Assembly (NCBI GenBank): GCA_030167865.1
Contig: JALAGF010005425.1
Location: forward strand, 1 to 55,480
DNA length: 55,480 nucleotides
Direction: 5' to 3'
From: Craspedostauros australis
Lineage: Eukaryota
This document shows, in pieces, positions 21,591-31,861 of this stretch. The position numbers and the translations under genes are program-made. Numbering within the stretch: position 1 is the stretch's first letter; each line of letters begins with the position of its first letter. The notes beneath the pieces are model-generated. The model was not told the DNA's origin. It worked only from the letters and a program-made list of their open reading frames with translations, and did no database searches.

Positions 21591-24500
21591 TTACAGTACA
21601 TTACATATCAACATCAGCGAAAGCATCGTTCCCAGGAGAAGACCCTGCGTCATTCCAACAACAACGACGGCTGCTGCCGATGCCGGCTCGTTCTCCACGA
21701 GGATCTCCTCCTCCTTGGGTGGCATCTCGACGTGCAGCACAATGGACTTGATGCGCGGTACGACGGCGGATTCGACGGCGCAATTATCGATGATCGGTTC
21801 CGGTTGTATTGCGCCATCGTCGTCATCTTGCATGTCGCGACGTTCACCGACGGGACGAGTCTCAGCAATGGCCCAATCGGTTCCTGGACCACTCAAGTTG
21901 ATCGCGGCCGGCAGTTCGAAGGCGACATCGGGCGTGGAGATATCGACATGATCTGTCATCACCTCCAGCGTGTCTTGCGAGACGGCGTACAGCACCTCGT
22001 GGTCGCGTGCAGCGGCGCCCGTGTTGTTCCAATCGCGGAAGCTGTTCATGACGAGCATGGCGCCTTTGGAAGAGTTGCTGCTGAGGCCGATGGTGTAACC
22101 GTGCACCGTCGTGCCGAATGGAATGTCCAACGACGCGGCTTCGATGCGAGGTTGCGAGAAGTCGAGGTGCACCACTTCCGTCGTGTCCATGACGTCCTCG
22201 CGATTCAAGGGAATGGCATCGAACTGGACTGAGAATTGTGTCGTCGTGCCATTCAAACCCACCTGATCGGAGCACGTTCGCAGGATCGTCACGGCCGAGT
22301 TTGAGGTATGGTCCGGCAGCAGATCGGTGGTTACGGTTTCGCTATCTGGCGTGTCGATCAAACAGCCGCGGTCATCGGGAAGCAATGGATTGTACAGAAC
22401 GTACGTCAAACCATCCACAGTGATGCGCGCGCGATGTGACGTCGTGCCGATCTGCTGCGACTGTTCCCAGGCATGAAAGGCGAATTCCAGGATGTAATCG
22501 CATGCTGGTTGCGGAACGAGGTTGGCCGCTGGCAAGAGCCTGTATCCCACGGCGCGGATATCCGAAAACATCTCTCGTGATCCGTACGCGCCTTCGGCGA
22601 TATCCTCGTTCGCCACCAACACCTCGTAGGCTTCGAGCTGCGCCATACCGAGGCCTTTGTTCGTGAATGATACCGGTGCCTCAAGCGCCGAGATGACACC
22701 GCCTGCCAAGAATTCCACCTTGCAGGCCTTGCGCAGGATGGCGTGGTACGGGATGACGATATCCAAACCATCGTCATCGCTTGCGATGCGGATATGACCA
22801 CCGAACTCATGCTGATCCATGCGACGGCCGTCGATGACGGAGGCCTGCGATCCGCCCATGCGATTTGTGGGAACCGTGTTGGGATCGATGCGAAATGTGA
22901 TTGCGATGCTGGCGTCTTTGTGCAGGTCCGTACCGTTCGCCGGCAAATCGATCGCGATGGGGCCGTTGCTGGACAGCCGGATCGTGCGAGGTTGGGATCG
23001 CAGATTGGCAACGACGATGGTGCGAGTCATCACGATCATAGCATCATCCGTGACGTCCATGAATCCCAAATGGATGGATGGTTGCACATCTTCCTTGCAG
23101 TACGCCCACATCGTCGCGCGCAGCGCATTGTGGATGGAAACTTCGCCGCTGCCCATACGCGTCAGCGGGGCTTGGGAATGAGGATCCTCGCACGCGAGCG
23201 TCTCGTCGTCCAAACCGTACTGCACGTGCGTCTGGGCGGTGTTGAGGAGAATGCACTTGATGAAGAAGGGTGAGCACTGACCGTTGCAACGTTGCATCAA
23301 GAGCGCGGCAACGCCGGCCACCACCGGCGACGCAAACGACGTCCCCACGAAACGCTTGAACCGATTGCCCGACCCGGTGTCGGCCATGAGGAAGCCGGAG
23401 GGCGCTGCGATGTCCGGTTTGAGCGCGTTGTTGGCACCCGGTCCGCGCGAACTGTAGTAGCTCATCATGGGTGTGGTGCGGTTGGGCGAAGGGGCATCAG
23501 TCGCGGCGACTGCGACGATGTTGGGCGTCGTGCCCACGGCGCCGGCATTGTAAGGGATGTTGCCACCGTTGCCGACCGACGTGGTGACCACCGCACCCAA
23601 AGCGAATGCGTTCTCGATGGCCACGGCGACCGGTTCGAAGTAAGGAGACGTGTACTTGGTGCCCAACGACAGGTTGACGATATCGACGTTGCGTTCCAAC
23701 ATGAACTCGAGACCTTGGATGACGGCAAAGTCGGGGCACTTTCCAGTGTTGGTGCAGGTCTTGGCAATGAGGAGCTTGGCGTCAGGCGCGATGGAGAGGA
23801 CGGCCGAGGCGACGGCCGTGCCGTGACCGTGAAAATCAATGGGATTGTTATCAGGACGCATGGCATGCGTATCGTTGAGGAGGCCTTCGTCGCCCACGAG
23901 GTCGGCACCGTCAATGAGAACGTGGTTTGGAAAGAATGCGGAATCTTGCTTGCGTCCCAGCACGGATATCTGATAATCCAGGAAGCTGCCGGATCCGCCA
24001 AAGATCTTGTGCGTGTAATCGACGCCGGTATCAAGTATTCCGACCGTGACGTTCTCGCCTGTGAGTGGATACGATTGATTGGTGTCGGCATTCAGATGCT
24101 GCAACAGGTCCTGATCCTGATATGGCAATGAAGGAGACGATGATAGTTTGCGTGCACGTGCACGTTCATGGTTGAATGATGTTGATCCTGCACGTGATCC
24201 CTTGACGATCCCGTGAACATGATGCGTGGCATGCGGGACGATCCGTGTGACCAGGTCGTGGTTCTGAATATGCTCATGCAACTTCCGCCGACGTGTGCTG
24301 CCTCCTTGATTCTTCGTCTTCTCATCATCAGCATCATGAGGCTGAGCAGGTACTTGGAGGTAGATGGCGTTGTACAGTTTGCAGGTGCGCGCGACGACCG
24401 TCAATGATGATCCGTAAAGCTGTCGAAACTGCTCAATGATCTGATCATGCTCGTCCTGGAGTTGCTGGTGGTATTGGACTGGATCGTCGGTTCTGACAGA

Positions 24501-24911
24501 ATTTGCTACCATGAGCAGCGGTGTTGATTTGAGTTCAACCGTGATGATCTCAGTGATGGGGCCTGCACTGGCACTGGCACTTGAAGTTGGACTTTCATTC
24601 TTATCAGCAGTATCGCCTAGATCGGAAGCTGAGGCTGTTTCTGGGTCTGCACCAGCAGTACTATGATGCATGTACTCGTACGAATGCTCGCTGTTGGCCA
24701 TCGATGCAGACGCAGCTGCGATGGATTGCAAGCAGATGATGACGGTCGCCATCGCAACGAAGGCAACCATTCTCGTCCGCGAACTTCTTCTCATGTTCAA
24801 CGGTGTTGCTGATGCTGCTGCTATTTCCGGTGATTGTGGTGCTGTTGGTTCCGTCGCAGATCCTATTTGTGAGCATGGTTGTGATACTGATGTTGATGCT
24901 GACATCGTCAT
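21591..24911 (-). CDS. Subtilisin-like serine protease (S8), secreted/anchored, up to 1106 aa
   Basis: Catalytic triad motifs VGILDTGVDYTH, HGHGTAVAS and GTSFASPVVAG; oxyanion GNGG; SSRGP...KPDIAAP. Hydrophobic N-terminal segment, prodomain and hydrophobic C-terminal tail; intronless. Confidence 0.93.
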   Translation of the reverse strand: MTMSASTSVSQPCSQIGSATEPTAPQSPEIAAASATPLNMRRSSRTRMVAFVAMATVIICLQSIAAASASMANSEHSYEYMHHSTAGADPETASASDLGDTADKNESPTSSASASAGPITEIITVELKSTPLLMVANSVRTDDPVQYHQQLQDEHDQIIEQFRQLYGSSLTVVARTCKLYNAIYLQVPAQPHDADDEKTKNQGGSTRRRKLHEHIQNHDLVTRIVPHATHHVHGIVKGSRAGSTSFNHERARARKLSSSPSLPYQDQDLLQHLNADTNQSYPLTGENVTVGILDTGVDYTHKIFGGSGSFLDYQISVLGRKQDSAFFPNHVLIDGADLVGDEGLLNDTHAMRPDNNPIDFHGHGTAVASAVLSIAPDAKLLIAKTCTNTGKCPDFAVIQGLEFMLERNVDIVNLSLGTKYTSPYFEPVAVAIENAFALGAVVTTSVGNGGNIPYNAGAVGTTPNIVAVAATDAPSPNRTTPMMSYYSSRGPGANNALKPDIAAPSGFLMADTGSGNRFKRFVGTSFASPVVAGVAALLMQRCNGQCSPFFIKCILLNTAQTHVQYGLDDETLACEDPHSQAPLTRMGSGEVSIHNALRATMWAYCKEDVQPSIHLGFMDVTDDAMIVMTRTIVVANLRSQPRTIRLSSNGPIAIDLPANGTDLHKDASIAITFRIDPNTVPTNRMGGSQASVIDGRRMDQHEFGGHIRIASDDDGLDIVIPYHAILRKACKVEFLAGGVISALEAPVSFTNKGLGMAQLEAYEVLVANEDIAEGAYGSREMFSDIRAVGYRLLPAANLVPQPACDYILEFAFHAWEQSQQIGTTSHRARITVDGLTYVLYNPLLPDDRGCLIDTPDSETVTTDLLPDHTSNSAVTILRTCSDQVGLNGTTTQFSVQFDAIPLNREDVMDTTEVVHLDFSQPRIEAASLDIPFGTTVHGYTIGLSSNSSKGAMLVMNSFRDWNNTGAAARDHEVLYAVSQDTLEVMTDHVDISTPDVAFELPAAINLSGPGTDWAIAETRPVGERRDMQDDDDGAIQPEPIIDNCAVESAVVPRIKSIVLHVEMPPKEEEILVENEPASAAAVVVVGMTQGLLLGTMLSLMLICNVL

Positions 24912-26017
24912 GGTTTGGACTATCGTTCTTGGTCACGCTTTTGACTGCGCTTTTGACTGCGATTGATTGTTGTTCGTGCTTGCAAATTGCGCACGAATGA
25001 GGATTGTATCGGGCAGAGTGTGGGGCAGTCGAATCCGTACTTTCCTTTCTGTCTCCGCTCGCTTCAGATGCTCTTGTGATGGTTGGAGTTCGCGCAATGG
25101 AGTATGATGTTACTTGAAGATGGACGCCAGTGCTGATACTCGTACTGAGATTCGTACGTGGCGTGCACCAAGACTCCTCAAAGTGTGGTGGCTTTGTCTT
25201 GGAGAGTACTGTCCGAAGTGTATGAGGAGAAGGGTCAGGGCAACCAATGAAGGATCCGAAAGCACAGGATTGGGAATGATGGTGCAGTATTGGTTGTATG
25301 ACAATAGGTCGTGTGATGGTGCTCTCTGTGAGGAAAGGACGATTCGGCCTCTCCCACCAAACAAGATTGAACACTTCCCCCCAACAGAGGCTGCCACTTT
25401 TCGCAGATGGAGAACAATCCGATGCTCTTGGTCTCCCTCGCGCTTGCACCTTGTTGTGGTGCTCGTATCACTTGCGTACAATCCGCAACCGCAATGCCTT
25501 CTTCTTCTGCGTTGTCAGTCTTCTGATCGGTGTGCCCTGTCTGATCATCAAAGACAATGTGTGAGATTCTTCTTCTGTGCCTCGCTCTCTGTTGCAATAC
25601 CCCCCTTCTTGCCAAAGTTGCAGTCCACTCCGCCGTTTTTGTGGCGTGACGCCGTTCACCTCATTTCATGGCGAGTCCGCACGATCCTGTTTGGTCAGCT
25701 GGCGCCAAAATTCGAATGTCCGCTAACTCATTTGAACGGAAGACGTTATTTAGGCGTTATAAATTGTGGCGAGAGCGTTTGTCAGTTTGTCCAAATGAAG
25801 GGGTGTGTGGAATACGGATGAAACGTGAAACTAGAGAAATGGACAGCCACAAACAAGAGAGGCAAAGCAACAACCACCAACCAAGTCCACAATCGAAAAC
25901 AGAAGAGGACGAATTGACACCAACAGGCAGATGTTGGTATGAAGAACAGCGAATAGCATCACAACTACCATCATCCATCATTCTGCCATCATTGATCACA
26001 AGAAGCGAGAGAGGTTG

Positions 26018-26115
26018 ATCCATCCATCCATCCATCCATCCATCCAGTTCAATTCAATTCAATTCAAACATTGAACAAACAAGCATTGAACAAACAAGCA
26101 TTGAACAAACAAGCA
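26018..26115. repeat. (CCAT)n and (TTCAA)n runs plus three 15-bp TTGAACAAACAAGCA units directly before the SF3A2 ATG
   Basis: Visible; the last base of the third 15-mer is the A of ATG 26115. Confidence 0.9.
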
Positions 26116-27725
26116 TGACCTGCACAACCCTCCCCATGATCCAAGCGGACGTCTCCAACGCCTTCCGCAGCAGCAGCAGCAGCAATAACGCAACCATGAT
26201 TGCCTCATCTGCTGCAACCAAAGCACCGGCCGCTGTTGCGAGTGGACATCAGCAACAGCCAATGCAAACGCAGAAGCAGCCATGCCTGCAGACGGAAGAA
26301 CGAGCATACCCCGCGATCCAGTTCCTCGTGGAAACCCCGCACGGCCGCACCACCACAGTCACCCGCACGCTGGGTGCGCTGCTGTCGCGTCAGCTGCAGC
26401 GTCAGGAGCAGGCCCACACTGCGCAGGACCAGGAGGGCGATTACCACGATCTCCTGCTCGACATCCTGCAGGCTTGCCAACGTCGCGACGCCCCGCAGAC
26501 TCGCGCGCATGCACCGCGCAGATGCTGCTCTCCCACGTTCACGCTCGATGCGCTCAGCTTGGATGACGACAGCAGCTGTGGCGCGTCGCCATCGCAGACG
26601 CCATTGTCCAGCGCGGCCACGGAAACGTCCGTGTACTCCGTGCAGTACATGGAGGTCGATGAATACATCTTTGATGACTGCGACATCAACGAGTATGACG
26701 CTGGCAACGGCATGGAGGACAGCGAAGGCGTCTTCGTCGCGACAACCACCACAGGCCGTCCCATCCATCACCACCAACGCGCTTCGCCCAAGAAACGCCG
26801 CCGCCGTCGTGTGCTGGCAGCCAGGGATCCGCGCATCGCGTTGGTCTGGAACGGAAAGCGCGTCAGCCCCACCAACTACTACCAGATCATCCACAGCACC
26901 GTCATGGAGGCCCTCGCCAAGTCTCCCCGCGCCGTCTCCTCCATCATCGTCCTTCCGCTGCGCCTCGCCGTCGGTCTCATCGTGGGTGGCATCGATCGCC
27001 AGAACCGCGCCGGTTCCAAGTTCGGCGGTGGCGGCGTCTCGTCCTCGTCCCAATCCGAACGCGAGCGCAAGGAACGCCTCAAGCAGCTGGCCCTCGAATC
27101 CATCGACCTGGCCAAGGACCCTTACCTCATGCGCAACCACCTCGGCACCTACGAATGCAAGCTCTGTCTCACCTTGCACACCAACGAGGCCAACTACTTG
27201 GCCCACACGCAAGGCAAGAAACATCAGCAAGGCCTCGCACGCCGCGCCCACCTCGAAAAGCTGCGACAGGACAAGGAGAACGCCGCGACCGTCACGACGG
27301 GTCCGTCCCGCACAACCACAACCAAACAACAGCGCATCAAAATCGGCCGCCCCGCCTACCAAGTCTTCAAAAGCCGCGACCCCGACACGCAGCAACGCTG
27401 CCTCACGTTCGAAATCTCCTACCCCGAAATCGCCGACGACATCCAACCGCGCCATCGCTTCATGAGCGCCTTCGAACAGAAGGTCGAGAGTCCGCCCGAT
27501 CGGCGCTACCAGTACCTCGTCGTGGCGGCCGATCCCTACGAGACGATCGCCTTCAAGGTGCCCAACGAACCGCTGGATCGCACCAAGTTCCTGACGCATT
27601 GGAAAGACAACAAGTTCCTCGTGTCCATGTACTATTGGGATAAGAAGCAAGGCGACGGCAAGAAGAAGAAGAAGGAGAATGGCAAAGATAAGGCAAATGA
27701 TGATGAGGATAAGATGGAAGAGTAA
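26115..27725 (+). CDS. SF3A2: Splicing factor 3A subunit 2 (SF3a66/Prp11) with a ~292-aa N-terminal ubiquitin-like leader
   Basis: From 26991: IDRQNRAGSKFGGGG...RERKERLKQLALESIDLAKDPYLMRNHLGTYECKLCLTLHTNEANYLAHTQGKKHQ (U1-type Zn finger), then KIGRPAY, PRHRFMSAFEQKVE and QYLVVAADPYETIAFKVP. The ORF is open from ATG 26115. Confidence 0.95.
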   Translation: MTCTTLPMIQADVSNAFRSSSSSNNATMIASSAATKAPAAVASGHQQQPMQTQKQPCLQTEERAYPAIQFLVETPHGRTTTVTRTLGALLSRQLQRQEQAHTAQDQEGDYHDLLLDILQACQRRDAPQTRAHAPRRCCSPTFTLDALSLDDDSSCGASPSQTPLSSAATETSVYSVQYMEVDEYIFDDCDINEYDAGNGMEDSEGVFVATTTTGRPIHHHQRASPKKRRRRRVLAARDPRIALVWNGKRVSPTNYYQIIHSTVMEALAKSPRAVSSIIVLPLRLAVGLIVGGIDRQNRAGSKFGGGGVSSSSQSERERKERLKQLALESIDLAKDPYLMRNHLGTYECKLCLTLHTNEANYLAHTQGKKHQQGLARRAHLEKLRQDKENAATVTTGPSRTTTTKQQRIKIGRPAYQVFKSRDPDTQQRCLTFEISYPEIADDIQPRHRFMSAFEQKVESPPDRRYQYLVVAADPYETIAFKVPNEPLDRTKFLTHWKDNKFLVSMYYWDKKQGDGKKKKKENGKDKANDDEDKMEE

Positions 27726-28102
27726 TCCTATATAATACTAGTATTGACATTGCTATACGATGAGTGTGGAGTTACAAGTGTGCAGGACGAATGGTGCGCA
27801 ATGTCCATCGCAAAGTGGGCACGTGGCGGATCAGTTTCATTTTCTCCTGGCAGCCAGTCTATCGAGTTGGAGCTAGAGAGAATCGGAGTTACGATCTTGG
27901 CGATTGTTCGCCACCACACGAGAACTGGCGATGACCAGCAATCATTCTCAGGGCTGTGGCAGTGTCCGCACTCGACCTCATCTCACAAACAGAACTAGAT
28001 TGGGCCGAACTGAATTGAGTTGGACACTAGCAGCATTACGACTATATTGGAATAGTGCACAACCCAACAAGGCATATCGCAACGAGACAAGACAAGAGGA
28101 CG

Positions 28103-29461
28103 ATGTTCGACCCTTCGATGTTGCAGGCCATGCAAGGCATGGGAGGAGGCGGCGATGGCGGCACGCCTCCCAACGCAAGCCAGATGAAGGACATGCTGAA
28201 GCAGATGGGATTGCCGGAGGATTACATGGACACCATGAATCAGGACGACGGCAAGCCGCAGATGCCTTCCTTCGACGACGACAAGCCCATGTCGGAGATC
28301 ACGCGCTTGCTGGAATGCGTCAGCGAGGAGCACGGCGTGCTGCACCAGGAGGGTCGCATCGACTACTTCTGGCAGCTGCTCGACGATCGCATGGAGGCTC
28401 TGCTGTCGCAGCTGCCGCCGTGTCCGCACGATCAGGAGCTGCAGGCGCCGGCCGTGACAAAGAGCAAGGCGACGCAGCAACCGCAGGTCCCGGCTTACGT
28501 CGACAATCCCTATCGGTACCCCGCCGTCGATATCTGCTCCGGCGTCGGCGTGCAGTGCGTGGAATTCGCCAAACACGCGGCATGGCGTCGGCGTCTCGAT
28601 TGGGTGCCCACGGAGTCCATGGCCGCCGTCGTGCAGCCGGAGCGGTACGACAACTCGGCCAACACCAAAAAGAACAACAAGGACGCACCCTACAACCACT
28701 TCCCCACGTCACGTCTGCAACAACTGCGATCGGCCTTGCAGTACTTCTTCGACACCGACAACGACGGTCCCGTCCTCGCGGCCGACCGGCTCGGCATGGC
28801 GCTCTACAAGAATTCGCAGGTCAAATTGTGCGCCTTGCAGCGCGACGGATACAACGGTCGCAAGGGCAAGGTGTTGGGCGTCGATCCCAAGTCCTCCGAC
28901 GATCGTAGGTTGGGCATCAAGCTGGAGACGAAGAACGCGCCCATCTCGTTGAAGCCGGCCAATTTGGAGCGCACGGACGGCGGCTTGAAGTATGAAGAAG
29001 GCGTGCAGATCGAGCAGGATCGACAGCTGCTCGATGAGATGAAGCAGCGGGCTTGTCCGGCCCTCGTCGAGGATATTGAGAGTTGGGAGATCTACCTCAA
29101 GTCCAGTTTCTACGGAAAATGCGCGCTCGTCACCTACGTCACGGTGCAACGCGGCAAGCCGTTGGATGAAGAGAATTATGGCATGCACGACAGCGGCACG
29201 GATCCGCTCGCGTTGATGGGCCAGCCGCCGAACATATCGTGGAGGAAGCTGCTCGTCTTGGCGAATCATCTGCTGCGACCCGGTGGCTACCTCCTGCAGT
29301 ACGATTGCGCCAGCGCCAGCGAGCATTACGGCAACGAGGACCTCATGAAGGAGCACGTCGCCAATCTCTCCTTGGAGTTGGAGTTGGTCGTGAGGGAAAT
29401 TCCAGTGGACGATCCCAACAGCGAGGATCCCATGATTTCCATGCTTTGGCAGAAGAGCTAG
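28103..29461 (+). CDS. 452-aa protein; putative class I SAM methyltransferase (DUF938-like) interrupted by a large insert
   Basis: Strong coding bias. AVDICSGVGVQCVEFA...WVPTE resembles SAM-binding motif I, and ISW...ANHLLRPGGYLLQYD resembles the later strand. The middle contains VKLCALQRDGYNGRKGKV...ISLKPANLE. The gene is well supported; the function is inferred. Confidence 0.7.
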   Translation: MFDPSMLQAMQGMGGGGDGGTPPNASQMKDMLKQMGLPEDYMDTMNQDDGKPQMPSFDDDKPMSEITRLLECVSEEHGVLHQEGRIDYFWQLLDDRMEALLSQLPPCPHDQELQAPAVTKSKATQQPQVPAYVDNPYRYPAVDICSGVGVQCVEFAKHAAWRRRLDWVPTESMAAVVQPERYDNSANTKKNNKDAPYNHFPTSRLQQLRSALQYFFDTDNDGPVLAADRLGMALYKNSQVKLCALQRDGYNGRKGKVLGVDPKSSDDRRLGIKLETKNAPISLKPANLERTDGGLKYEEGVQIEQDRQLLDEMKQRACPALVEDIESWEIYLKSSFYGKCALVTYVTVQRGKPLDEENYGMHDSGTDPLALMGQPPNISWRKLLVLANHLLRPGGYLLQYDCASASEHYGNEDLMKEHVANLSLELELVVREIPVDDPNSEDPMISMLWQKS

Positions 29462-29806
29462 ACATTGGAATGCACGGTGGCGTGTGTGTGCGGTCGTGAT
29501 GCCTGCGATGGAGACGCAGGGTGGCAAACACCTCGAAGGCTGGCACGAGGACGAGCATATCAGAGGGATGAATGCTCATGTCAAAGAAAGCGGGTGCTTA
29601 CTTTCAGTAGGACGAATGAACTACATTTCAGTTAGCGAAGAGAAGCAAGAATGCAACAGAGAGAGAGAGCAACAATCACAAAGGTGTACGTCTCATCGTA
29701 CAGATATGTACACGAATTAGAAATATTTCCATCCCGTTTCATGGAAACGTCACTTCCCGACATGCCTGTATGCAACATGCATGAGTGCGAGCGCTCGTTA
29801 CTATAC

Positions 29807-30925
29807 CTACCGCACTTCTCTCCCAAACTCCATGCCGTCCGACCAGTTCTCTTGCGACGACGTGCCATAGCTCATGCTGGACGATGACCACGTGGGAAAG
29901 GACGATGCCGATGCTGCGACTGGCGACAGACTCGGCCGCATGCTCGGGTGCGTGTGCGATTCGTCGTGGACTTGGCTTGGTGGCGACGACGCGGTTGGTG
30001 GAGCCCGATCCGTTGGGACCACCGGGCAAACCTCGGAAGATGGGCTCTTCAAGGAACTCTGTGAATGGCGTTGCGAGTTGTGTGTTTGCGGGTATCCACA
30101 CGCGTGGACGTGTTTGATCGGGTTGAAAAGGTGAGTAAATGAAAATCGTCAGGGAATTGTTTCAACATAGCGTGCCATAGGTTGATTCCTCCTCAGAATG
30201 CTCACAACGAAGAGGCAGCATGAGATCGAGCCTGCACTTACCAGTCGCAGCCATCCGCCGCTCTGTCCCACGAGGAGAGATGGATATGCATGACAATCGT
30301 TGCTGAATAATATCGTCAGAACGTTCACGACGTCTTGCTGATGCGCATTGACGCCAAACATATTGATCTGCAGTATGCTCGGCAGACGGTCGTCATCGAT
30401 GCTGTCGTTGCTGCGCGTGCGAGAAATAATGGATTCGAAGACGAACGTATCCCCATTGAGAAAGGGCCCAGCGTACGGTTCGCGATAGATGATATCCAGC
30501 TCCCTATCCAATTCCAAGACGTCGAAGTTGGAGACTCGGACTGGCGAAGTGTCCATCATGTTGATATCGTCTCTGTGGTGACTCTTTACTTCGGTGAAGT
30601 TGAAGTTGTGAACTTCGTCGGGTTCGACCGTTGACAGGAAGCATGATGTCCCAATCACCGCATTGTTCCTCGTTATATTCACAGGAGGGCAGGTGAGATC
30701 GAAATCGAACGTGAATGTGTACTGAGCGGGCGAGCATGCGCAAGTTGCGACAGCGAGATCCTTGGTATCATTCTCGTCCAAATGGCCTCGGAGTTGCCTT
30801 GAGATGCCGAAGTCGTCGGCATCGATGATGAGTGATGCACACGACGGGATGATGAGGTCGTTAACCATGACAAGCGTCACGATTGCGATGGCGATTGCAT
30901 TCGTCGTTGCGAACCCGGAACCCAT
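29807..30925 (-). CDS. Secreted diatom-type Cys-containing protein; complement(join(29807..30058,30242..30925)), ~311 aa
   Basis: Signal peptide, RQLRG propeptide-like site and a CACSPAQYTFTFDFDLTCPP...FSNDC..YP...GW domain. The phase-0 intron CTG|GTAAGT...CACAG|AGT (30059..30241) continues into SSLKSPSSEVCP and a Pro/Ser/Thr tail. Confidence 0.8.
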
Positions 30926-31825
30926 TTTGCTTTGTTTTTCCTTCTTGCCTGCCTGTCTGCCTGCTACTTTGGGATTGATGATCTTCACTGATGATGATTT
31001 GAAGCACTCTTCTGGAAATGTTCGAGCTACTGCTCACTTGCTGTTGCTTTGCGTCCGCCTCGGGATGATGCAGTAGATGCCAGATTGTGAGCCACCTTTG
31101 TGTTGCAATTGCCTTTCTCCGTTCCGTCGATGAGGTGTCAACATTGAGATAGCGATGAGATAGTTGGACGGTTGTTATGCGATGGCATCAGCATCAACAT
31201 CCGCGACAGGCCAGAACCTTGCTGTTGTGGTCTTGTTTGCGATCTGTCCTGTCTTGCCCTCTCCCTGCACATCGTTCGCTGCTGCAGCAGGTGACAGGAA
31301 GCAGGCACCAGGGGAAACCAATGGCGAAGTTGCCCACATGCATTGCTCTTGTTGCTCGCACCAGCATGGTGGAGACCGCATGCCGCCCGTACAATGGCTG
31401 TCGGTCTGCTTGGTTCTTTCTCGCTCAATACTTGGTTCGCCCTCTGCATGATCGTTACAAAATGGGCGCCAACATGAACCGTTCGAGTCTTATGCCAGTT
31501 GCACCACATGCATGCAATACATGCCATGCGTAGCTTCCATCAAGATATGTGTCAACGATGGCTCTCCAACGCCTTCGTCTGTGTGCATTGCCGTCACACA
31601 CATCCGCAAGCACGACCAAACATGTCGGCAGGTCGAGAGTCACACCCTTCATTTTGTGATCACAAACATCCAAATGATTTGAGTCACGTTCATTTATTTA
31701 GCTCGCGATTGGTGGGTTTGCGTTGCGACACACACAGAAATCAAACGGCATCGTGTGGTAGGCTACCACCAAATCAAGACAAATTCAGCATGTGTTGTTG
31801 ACATGTCGAGAGGGAGAGGCATTGA

Positions 31826-31861
31826 GAGTAGAGTAGAGTAGAGTAGAGTAGAGTAGAGTAG
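31826..31861. repeat. (GAGTA)n pentanucleotide microsatellite; an imperfect second one at ~15380..15405
   Basis: Visible in the sequence. Confidence 0.93.

Noticed and set aside
26205..27650. 481-aa antisense ORF, plus similar long antisense/alternate-frame ORFs (7599..8909, 10969..12132, 18012..18839, 28709..29527, 45001..45858)
   Set aside because: They overlap well-supported genes; GC3-rich codon usage suppresses stops on the opposite strand, and the translations carry no motifs.
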